DNA of 21,635 nucleotides, from positions 1 through 21,635 of the forward strand of contig JAZLBQ010000008.1 of assembly GCA_045613785.1 (NCBI GenBank), written 5' to 3'. A program made the translations under genes and the position numbers. Below, in pieces: positions 15,006 through 21,635 of the stretch. The stretch is from Candidatus Enterousia sp. GTDB taxonomy: Bacteria > Pseudomonadota > Alphaproteobacteria > Rs-D84. Under the pieces are notes generated by a model. That model saw only the letters and a list, made by a program, of their open reading frames with translations, searched no databases and was not told the DNA's origin. Numbering within the stretch: position 1 is the first letter of the stretch; every line of letters begins with the position of its first letter.

Positions 15006-15030
15006 CAAAAATGTTCAAATCGTGAACATA

Positions 15031-15414
15031 TTACACACGACGGACCTTTTTTGGACGGCAACCATTATGTGGAATACGTGTTGTATCAGTAATGGACTGC
15101 ACAACCAAGCCAGCATTTGCCAACCCACGCACAGCAGATTCACGACCCTGACCAATACCACGCATTAGAACATCAACTGTTTTCATACCCATTTCTGCGA
15201 CTTTTTTACCAACTGCATCTGCAACGATAGTTGCTGCATATGGTGTGGACTTTTTCGCACCCTTAAAATTATTTGCCCCAGCGGTTGCCCATGTCAACAC
15301 AGCACCTGACTGGTCTGTAATTGTAATACGTGTATTGTTATTTGTCGCAACAACATGTGCAATGCCATGTGATACTTTTTTTACGACTTTCTTTTTAGCT
15401 TTTGATACTGCCAT
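15031..15414 (-). CDS. rpsK: 30S ribosomal protein S11
   Basis: GIAHV.AT.NNT.ITITD, FKGAKKSTPYAA, G.GRESAVR, IPHNGCRPKK.RRV. Confidence 0.98.
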   Translation of the reverse strand: MAVSKAKKKVVKKVSHGIAHVVATNNNTRITITDQSGAVLTWATAGANNFKGAKKSTPYAATIVADAVGKKVAEMGMKTVDVLMRGIGQGRESAVRGLANAGLVVQSITDTTRIPHNGCRPKKVRRV

Positions 15415-15575
15415 TTTTAATATTTCCTTTTCGATGTCTTCAATTAACTATAGTGTTAATCTCTACCTTATTCAAAAATTAAAAGAACATTACAGTTGCA
15501 CAATTGTTGGCGGGTGTAGTGTATAAAATCTACCTGAACAAGCCAACAACACGCAGAAGTGATGTTATATTAATT

Positions 15576-15953
15576 TTACTTACCCTTTGTTGCGGAACCA
15601 GCAACCACAACACGCTTACCTTTACGAGTGCGTGCATTTGTCTGTGTCCGTTGACCACGAACCGGCAAGCGGTTACGATGACGGATACCACGGTATGCCT
15701 TCAAGTCCTGCAAACGTTTGATGTTCATTGTAACTTCACGACGAACATCACCTTCTACTTTAAAGTTTTCTTCGATGTATTTAGAAATTTTGATAACATC
15801 TTCGTCTGTCAAATCCTTTGCGCGCAGACCATCTTTCAACTTCAAAGCCTCAACAATCTGTGCAGACTTTGCTGGCCCAATACCGTGAATATACTGCAAC
15901 GCAATTTCAATACGTTTTTCAGACGGAATGTTAACACCTGCTATACGTGCCAT
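15576..15953 (-). CDS. rpsM: 30S ribosomal protein S13
   Basis: [33 protein letters not shown]. Confidence 0.99.
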   Translation of the reverse strand: MARIAGVNIPSEKRIEIALQYIHGIGPAKSAQIVEALKLKDGLRAKDLTDEDVIKISKYIEENFKVEGDVRREVTMNIKRLQDLKAYRGIRHRNRLPVRGQRTQTNARTRKGKRVVVAGSATKGK

Positions 15954-16065
15954 TTTTCTTTTTCCTTTTTATTTTACTTCTCGCAAGTTCCCTAAGTCCA
16001 CCCAGGTCCTTGCACCCTAAACCCAACACATAAATTTGCACCGGGCTATTCTATTTTGCCGAATA

Positions 16066-16093
16066 ATTTTATACAAAATTCAGCAAAAGTCAA
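16066..16093 (-). promoter_or_regulatory. Putative sigma70 promoter for rpsM-rpsK
   Basis: TTGACT-N16-TAAAAT on the minus strand in the secY-rpsM gap. Confidence 0.6.
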
Positions 16094-16120
16094 ATCTTGT
16101 TTTACGTTCACCTGGGAATC

Positions 16121-17437
16121 TTATCCCCGAAAACGTCCTTTCTTTTGTGCTTTTTTGATAACACCAGAATACTGCTTTGCGACCAGATAAGATTGAACTT
16201 GATTCATCGTATCCAGCACAACACCTGCGACAATCAGAACACTTGTTCCACCGATAGTCAAAGGCATACCAACGTGTGTATTCAAAACGATTGGCAAAAC
16301 GCAAACAACTATCAAATAAGCAACACCAATCGCTGTTGTTCTTGAAACAACATTATCCAGATATTTGATTGTCTGTTCACCTGGACGCACACCTGGAACA
16401 TATCCACCAGCATTTTTCAAATTATTACTTGTTTCTTCTGAATTGAAAATAACAGCTGTTTGGAAATATGCAAAGAAAGCGATTAAGACTGTGAACATCA
16501 TTATATAAGACCAAGTCCCATACGTAAAGAATCCCAAAATCGTTTGAACAGTCAGATTTTCACTTTGCACAAAGCGTTGAACAAATGCAGGCAACATCAT
16601 AATTGATGATGCGAACACAGGTCCCATAACCCCAGACATATTGATTTTGATAGGCAAATAAGAAGCATTAGTATTTACAACCCCATTAGCCATAACCTGT
16701 CTTGGATACAGAATCTGAATACGACGCTGTGCCTGTTCAAAGAAAGCAATCAATGCAACGATACCAACGACGAATGCGACTACCAACGCAATCATTGCTG
16801 GCGAGATCTGACCAACAGACCCCAAAGAAACCAACTGTGCAATACCACCTGGAACTTCTGCGATGATACCCGCAAAGATAAGCAAAGATGCCCCCTGCCC
16901 GATACCACGAGCCGTGATTTGTTCTGCCAACCACATAACAAACACAGTTCCACCAACCAAAGCAATAATTGCAGACAATTCAAATGCGAATCCTGGATTT
17001 ACAACTGCAGCTACACCATTTACTGGTGCCATCATTTCCAATCCACGCACAACGGCCCATCCCTGAACAACAGCCAATAACACCGCCAAATAGCGTGTGT
17101 ATTGATTGATTTTCACACGTCCAGATTCACCTTCTTTGCGTAATTCATTCAAAGACTTACTTGTTGCACTCAACAACTGCAACACGATTGAGGCAGAAAT
17201 GTATGGAAAGATATTCAATGCTAAAACAGACATACGTGACAGTGAACCACCACTGAACATGTCAAACATGCCCATCATTCCATTATCGCCTTGGAACAGG
17301 TGCAAAACCGCCGACGCATTAACCCCTGGCAGTGGAATGAACGACCCAATACGATAAACAATCAACGCCCCCAACGTAAACAGAATACGCTTCTGCAAAT
17401 CGCTAAGATTACCGAAAAAGTCTTTTAAGAATTTCAT
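16121..17437 (-). CDS. secY: Preprotein translocase subunit SecY
   Basis: RILFTL..LIVYRIGSFIPLPG, PYISASI, GR.KINQYTRY, WLAEQIT.RGIG.G.SLLIF.GI, PGVRPGEQT, GGTS.LI. Confidence 0.99.
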   Translation of the reverse strand: MKFLKDFFGNLSDLQKRILFTLGALIVYRIGSFIPLPGVNASAVLHLFQGDNGMMGMFDMFSGGSLSRMSVLALNIFPYISASIVLQLLSATSKSLNELRKEGESGRVKINQYTRYLAVLLAVVQGWAVVRGLEMMAPVNGVAAVVNPGFAFELSAIIALVGGTVFVMWLAEQITARGIGQGASLLIFAGIIAEVPGGIAQLVSLGSVGQISPAMIALVVAFVVGIVALIAFFEQAQRRIQILYPRQVMANGVVNTNASYLPIKINMSGVMGPVFASSIMMLPAFVQRFVQSENLTVQTILGFFTYGTWSYIMMFTVLIAFFAYFQTAVIFNSEETSNNLKNAGGYVPGVRPGEQTIKYLDNVVSRTTAIGVAYLIVVCVLPIVLNTHVGMPLTIGGTSVLIVAGVVLDTMNQVQSYLVAKQYSGVIKKAQKKGRFRG

Positions 17438-17462
17438 TGTAAGTGAATTTTAACCGTTTACA

Positions 17463-17486
17463 GGCATTCGGGTTTCCCCGAATGCC
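17463..17486 (-). other. Intergenic 10-bp hairpin with GAAA tetraloop between rplO and secY
   Basis: GGCATTCGGG-GAAA-CCCGAATGCC in mRNA sense; no U tract follows. Confidence 0.7.
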
Positions 17487-17504
17487 CAGATATTATTGCT
17501 TGGA

Positions 17505-17963
17505 TTAGTTATTTTTGATTGAGCCACCAGCTTTAACAATCGCTTCTTCTGCTGCTTTCGACCATTTGTCAGCAACAACATTTACAGCAGATTTGATTTC
17601 GCCTTTGGCCAAAACTTTCAAGCCACTCATTTTGCGGTTGATAATTTTTGCATCGAACAAAGAATCAATTGTGATTTCTTTTGCAGCATCAATTTTACCT
17701 GCTGCGATGAACTTTTCGATATCACCCAAATTGATTGTCACATATTCTTTTGCAAAAGGATTATTGAAACCAAACTTTGGGAAACGACGCAAGATTGGCA
17801 TCTGACCACCCTGGAAAGTAGCCTGCTTACGTGAACCACTACGTGCCTTCTGACCTTTGTGACCACGGCCTGCTGTTTTACCAGAACCAGATCCCATACC
17901 ACGACCAACACGTGTTGCACTCTGACGTGCCCCCAAGTTATCCATCAATGCATTTAATTTCAT
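17505..17963 (-). CDS. rplO: 50S ribosomal protein L15
   Basis: RVGRG.GSGSGKTAGRGHKGQKARSG, F.GGQMP..RR.PK.GF. Start moved to MKLN at 17963 because of the AGGAG RBS. Confidence 0.97.
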   Translation of the reverse strand: MKLNALMDNLGARQSATRVGRGMGSGSGKTAGRGHKGQKARSGSRKQATFQGGQMPILRRFPKFGFNNPFAKEYVTINLGDIEKFIAAGKIDAAKEITIDSLFDAKIINRKMSGLKVLAKGEIKSAVNVVADKWSKAAEEAIVKAGGSIKNN

Positions 17964-18045
17964 TTTTCTACTCCTATAACTACTTTTACATAGTTCTTTG
18001 TCGCATATAAACAAGAGTCTTGTTTACATACTCGGTTTATATTTA

Positions 18046-18222
18046 TTATTTTACAACTTCAACCAAATGAGAAACCTTGGCAACCATACCACGAACAGAT
18101 TCAGAATCTGTGATTTCTTTGGTTTTACCGATACGTCCCAGGCCCAACGCTTTCACGATTTTAACCTGTGATTCTGGACGACCGATAGTGCTTTTTACTT
18201 GTTTTACAACTATTTTAGCCAT
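18046..18222 (-). CDS. rpmD: 50S ribosomal protein L30 (58 aa, absent from the ORF track)
   Basis: Manual translation MAKIVVKQVKSTIGRPESQVKIVKALGLGRIGKTKEITDSESVRGMVAKVSHLVEVVK*; AGGAG RBS; syntenic between rpsE and rplO. Confidence 0.96.
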   Translation of the reverse strand: MAKIVVKQVKSTIGRPESQVKIVKALGLGRIGKTKEITDSESVRGMVAKVSHLVEVVK

Positions 18223-18251
18223 AATTCAAACTCCTATTATCTTTGCCCAGA

Positions 18252-18806
18252 TTATTTATCTTCTGTTGCAACTTCTAATTTTTTACCATCACGACCAGCG
18301 ATGATTTCTGCAACTGTTTTGCCACGACGTGCAGCCACTGTTTTTGGAGAATTCATTTTGCTGAATGCCAAGAACGCAGCACGGATCATATTGTTTGGAT
18401 TATTTGAACCTTGTGATTTAACAACAACGTCCTGAACGCCCAAACTTTCGAACACTGCACGCAATGCACCACCAGCGATGATTCCAGTTCCTGGAACGGC
18501 TGAACGAACGACCAACTTACTTGCACCATACTTTGCAGTAATATCGTGATGCAAAGTGCGTCCTTCTTTCAGTGGAACACGCAACATTTTTGCTTTTGCA
18601 GCCTTGGTTGCCTTCTGCACTGCAGACTGAACTTCCAATGCTTTACCTTTACCAAATCCAACACGGCCTGCCTTATCACCGACAACAACCAGTGCCGAGA
18701 AAGACATATTACGACCACCTTTTACAGTTTTGGAAACACGGTTGATAGAAACCAACTTATCTACCAAGTTATCCGACTGCAATTTTTTATCATCAAAACG
18801 TGCCAT
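18252..18806 (-). CDS. rpsE: 30S ribosomal protein S5
   Basis: [41 protein letters not shown]. Confidence 0.99.
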   Translation of the reverse strand: MARFDDKKLQSDNLVDKLVSINRVSKTVKGGRNMSFSALVVVGDKAGRVGFGKGKALEVQSAVQKATKAAKAKMLRVPLKEGRTLHHDITAKYGASKLVVRSAVPGTGIIAGGALRAVFESLGVQDVVVKSQGSNNPNNMIRAAFLAFSKMNSPKTVAARRGKTVAEIIAGRDGKKLEVATEDK

Positions 18807-18831
18807 TATTATACTCCGTCTTATTCAATAT

Positions 18832-19188
18832 TTAGATTCTTACGCCGCCTGCACGGATTGCTTCGCACAGTGCTTTTACACGACCATGATAGCGATAACC
18901 ACCACGATCAAAATAACAATTATCGGCAATATTTGCTGCGACAACACGTTCAGCAAAAGTCTTACCAACTAATTCTGCACCTGCAATATTCCAACCCTTT
19001 CCTGCAAACGCCTTTTCTTTTGACGAAGCAGCACAAACAGTATGTCCTTTTGCGTCATCAATCGCCTGGATTTCAATATGACGGCCAGAACGGAAAACTG
19101 ACAAACGAATCTTGCCAGGATTTTTTCTTTTCAACGCACCACGATTTGCCAGTGTACGTCTTTCTTCCGAATTCAAATGTCTTAACAT
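18832..19188 (-). CDS. rplR: 50S ribosomal protein L18
   Basis: RLSVFRS..HI..Q.IDD, FDRGGYRYHGRVKAL. Start moved to the ATG at 19188 because of the AAGGA RBS. Confidence 0.97.
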   Translation of the reverse strand: MLRHLNSEERRTLANRGALKRKNPGKIRLSVFRSGRHIEIQAIDDAKGHTVCAASSKEKAFAGKGWNIAGAELVGKTFAERVVAANIADNCYFDRGGYRYHGRVKALCEAIRAGGVRI

Positions 19189-19239
19189 TTTCTTTTCCTT
19201 TTTTCCAATATCCGTAACAGCGGATACCAAAGTTAATTA

Positions 19240-19791
19240 TTATTTCTTTTTACCTTCTTTACGACGGATTTTTTCGCCCTTATAGAAGATACCTTTACCC
19301 TTATATGGATCAGCCTTGCGAACCTTGTGAATTTTGTCAGCGAATTGACCGACCAAACACTTATCTGTTCCCTTAACTGTAAATTCAGTTGGTGCAGCGC
19401 CCATTTCAACAGTCAAGCCTGCTGGAATGTCCATAATAACATCATGTGAATAACCAGCAACCAAAACCAATTGATTACCTTTCACAGAAGCCTTATAACC
19501 AACACCTTTCATATACATAGGTTTTTCAAAGCCCTTTGATACACCTTCGACCGCATTACGAACATTGCGTGCCATTGTCCCCCACATTGTGCGAGAAGAT
19601 TTTTCTTCTGCATCTTTTGGGTTGATAACAACCTGGCCTTCTTCGATAATGATATCAACCAAACCGGCATTTTTTGTATCCAAAGGCAACTTCAATTCAC
19701 CTTTTGGTCCTTTTACAACCAAAGCGTTGTCAGCAATTGCGACAGATACGCCTTCACTCAGTTTCACTGGATATTTTCCTGCACGTGACAT
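19240..19791 (-). CDS. rplF: 50S ribosomal protein L6
   Basis: MSR.GK.PV, VKGPKGEL, GVGYKA, PYKGKGI.Y.GE.IRRKEGKKK. Confidence 0.99.
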   Translation of the reverse strand: MSRAGKYPVKLSEGVSVAIADNALVVKGPKGELKLPLDTKNAGLVDIIIEEGQVVINPKDAEEKSSRTMWGTMARNVRNAVEGVSKGFEKPMYMKGVGYKASVKGNQLVLVAGYSHDVIMDIPAGLTVEMGAAPTEFTVKGTDKCLVGQFADKIHKVRKADPYKGKGIFYKGEKIRRKEGKKK

Positions 19792-19810
19792 AACTTAATC
19801 CTCGCTTATA

Positions 19811-20209
19811 TTATATTACCTTGCACAAGACTTCACCACCGACATTCATCAAACGTGCTTTGTGGTCTGTCATAACGCCATTTGGTGTTGAAACAATTGC
19901 AATACCCAAGCCATTTAAAACTTTTGGCATTTTTGCACTACCAGAATATACACGACGTCCTGGCTTAGATACAACTGTAATTTCTTGGATTGCACCGTTT
20001 CCGCCAACATACTTCAATTCGACAACAATATTTGAACGATGTTCGTCAATTGCATCGATACGGAAATCAGCAATAAAACCTTCTTCTTTTAATACAGACA
20101 AAACTGCCTGACGCAATTTGCTGTTTGGAACGACGATTGTTTCTTTACCTGCATTTTGACCATTACGGATGCGGGTCACCATATCGCCGATTGGGTGTGA
20201 TAATGACAT
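19811..20209 (-). CDS. rpsH: 30S ribosomal protein S8
   Basis: PIGDM.TRIRN, LKEEGFI, SKPGRRVY, GLGIAIVST..GVMTD..AR..NVGGEVLC. Confidence 0.99.
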   Translation of the reverse strand: MSLSHPIGDMVTRIRNGQNAGKETIVVPNSKLRQAVLSVLKEEGFIADFRIDAIDEHRSNIVVELKYVGGNGAIQEITVVSKPGRRVYSGSAKMPKVLNGLGIAIVSTPNGVMTDHKARLMNVGGEVLCKVI

Positions 20210-20293
20210 CTTTTACTCCTTAACGTCGCAGGGCTGTGCCCTGCACTGTTTTTTTTCTACCAACTGCATTGTCCACAGTTGTGCATGTTTATA

Positions 20294-20596
20294 TTACCAA
20301 CTAGATTTACGCACGCCTGGCAATTTACCTTCGCTTGCCATTGTGCGAACCTGTTGACGACACAGACCGAACAAGCGAGAGAACCCACGAGAACGACCTG
20401 TAATACTGCAACGATTACGCAAACGAGTTGGGTTTGCATTACGTGGCAACTTTGCCAACTTTTTCATTGCATCAATTCTTTCTTCTGGTGTCGCATTAAC
20501 AGACATTTTTGCCTTGATAGTTTCACGCTTTTTTGCATACTGCGCAACCAGCTTTTCACGTCTTTTTTGTTTATTGATTAACGCTAATTTAGCCAT
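20294..20596 (-). CDS. rpsN: 30S ribosomal protein S14 (long ~100-aa form)
   Basis: [27 protein letters not shown]. Confidence 0.98.
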   Translation of the reverse strand: MAKLALINKQKRREKLVAQYAKKRETIKAKMSVNATPEERIDAMKKLAKLPRNANPTRLRNRCSITGRSRGFSRLFGLCRQQVRTMASEGKLPGVRKSSW

Positions 20597-20615
20597 CTTT
20601 TTTAACCTTTTTTAA

Positions 20616-21161
20616 TTATTTCAAAACCAAAGGCAAGCCGATTTTAGTCAGCAATGCACGTGCTTCATCATCTGTTTTCGCTGTTGTTGCGATAACAATA
20701 TCCATACCACGAATGGCATCGATTTTAGCAACAGAAATTTCTGGGAAAATCAAATGTTCTTTGATACCAAATGCATAGTTTCCACGACCATCAAACTTTG
20801 ACTTTGACAACCCACGGAAGTCTTTTACACGTGGCAATGCAACTGTAATCAATTTGTCCAAGAAATCATACATTCTTTTACCACGCAATGTAACTTTTGT
20901 TCCGATTTCCTGACCTTCACGCAAACGATATGTTGCAATAGATTTTTTTGCACGTGTTTTGATTGCTTTCTGAGCTGCAATTGCAGTCAAGTCAGCAACG
21001 GCAGCATCTAATTTCTTTTTATCAGATACAGCTTCACCGACACCCATATTCAAAACAATCTTGGTCAGTTTTGGAACTGCCAATGCATTTTTGTAACCGA
21101 ATTCTTTAACCAATTCCGGCACAATTTCTTTTTCATAAATTTCACGCAATCTGCTTTGCAT
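20616..21161 (-). CDS. rplE: 50S ribosomal protein L5
   Basis: [42 protein letters not shown]. Confidence 0.99.
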   Translation of the reverse strand: MQSRLREIYEKEIVPELVKEFGYKNALAVPKLTKIVLNMGVGEAVSDKKKLDAAVADLTAIAAQKAIKTRAKKSIATYRLREGQEIGTKVTLRGKRMYDFLDKLITVALPRVKDFRGLSKSKFDGRGNYAFGIKEHLIFPEISVAKIDAIRGMDIVIATTAKTDDEARALLTKIGLPLVLK

Positions 21162-21223
21162 TTCTTTATTCCTTTTGTTGTGTTCGCGTAACAGCGGGCA
21201 ACAATTTACCTAATTTATCTGTT

Positions 21224-21526
21224 TTAGATTTCCGCACCAGATTTTTTAGCCACGCGAACCTTTTTACCACCTTCTACTTTGTATCCAACACGTGTTGCTT
21301 TTTTAGTTTTTGGATCAACCAATGCAACATTAGATACATGAACAGGTGCTTCACGGTCGATGATATGACCTGGCTGTTCCTGTGTTGGTTTGATGTGCCA
21401 TTTACGACGATTGACACCTTCTACGACAACACGTTCTTCTGCTGGGCGTGCTTCCAGGACTTTACCTTTGACGCCTTTGAATTTTCCTGAAATAACTACG
21501 ACTTCGTCGCCTTTTTTAATTTTCAT
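21224..21526 (-). CDS. rplX: 50S ribosomal protein L24
   Basis: [35 protein letters not shown]. Start taken at the second ATG (21526) behind GAAGG. Confidence 0.97.
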   Translation of the reverse strand: MKIKKGDEVVVISGKFKGVKGKVLEARPAEERVVVEGVNRRKWHIKPTQEQPGHIIDREAPVHVSNVALVDPKTKKATRVGYKVEGGKKVRVAKKSGAEI

Positions 21527-21548
21527 TTTATGACCTTCCATCTGTTAT

Positions 21549-21635
21549 TTAGATTACTTCTGGTGCCAAAGACACGATTTTCTGAACATCGTATTTACGA
21601 CGAACTTCACGGGCAATTGGTCCAAAGATACGTGT
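21549..21635 (-). CDS. rplN: 50S ribosomal protein L14, C-terminal part (runs off the window)
   Basis: Manual translation TRIFGPIAREVRRKYDVQKIVSLAPEVI*. Confidence 0.96.
   Translation of the reverse strand, partial: TRIFGPIAREVRRKYDVQKIVSLAPEVI

Noticed and set aside
5316-15030. Absence of rpsD next to rpsK/rpoA, and of rpmJ/infA after secY
   Set aside because: Normal for Alphaproteobacteria, where these genes lie elsewhere.
5316-15030. Insert as a prophage, ICE or transposon
   Set aside because: No recombinase, transposase, phage or conjugation genes, no att-like direct repeats seen, and composition looks like the flanks.
30-20581. Many 60-224-aa antisense or alternate-frame ORFs (e.g. 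1593..2267, 9974..10570, 18546..19217, 20279..20581)
   Set aside because: They are shadows of well-supported genes, favoured by biased codon usage, and have no independent RBS or motifs.
17964-21541. Longer track starts for rplO (18014), rplR (19230) and rplX (21541)
   Set aside because: Downstream ATGs have proper RBSs and give family-typical N-termini.

Overview
This is a chromosomal window from an alphaproteobacterium. The call rests on the RpoA termini (MIEKNW..LIKP and GWPPENI..LAK) and the absence of rpsD from the alpha cluster. The divergent r-proteins and many Cys-rich orphans suggest an uncultured, host-associated lineage such as Rs-D84/Enterousia, but that is inference. The minus strand carries the spc and alpha genes: rplN(partial)-rplX-rplE-rpsN-rpsH-rplF-rplR-rpsE-rpmD-rplO-secY-rpsM-rpsK, then rpoA and rplQ. 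The cluster is broken: adk is missing after secY, and about 9.7 kb with seven strictly alternating genes separates rpsK from rpoA. Both rpoA and rplQ have their own predicted sigma70 promoters. The insert encodes two large secreted Cys-rich proteins that share a helical C-x6-C module, a membrane protein with a degenerate NERD-like domain (probably leaderless), a DUF3419/BtaA-like SAM protein, a GT2 glycosyltransferase behind a three-hairpin leader, and two hypothetical proteins. At the left end is a large mosaic protein (SusC-type CarboxypepD_reg-like domain, Cys repeats, glycine zippers, OmpA domain) whose last ~130 codons are shifted out of frame at an A10 tract. Five copies of the palindrome (TAAAAA)AATCCCCC-N4-6-GGGGGATT(TTTTTA) lie at gene 3' ends, and in several the palindrome itself supplies the stop codon. 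I saw no rRNA, tRNA, CRISPR array, integrase or transposase. All domain calls come from motif recognition by eye, not database searches.
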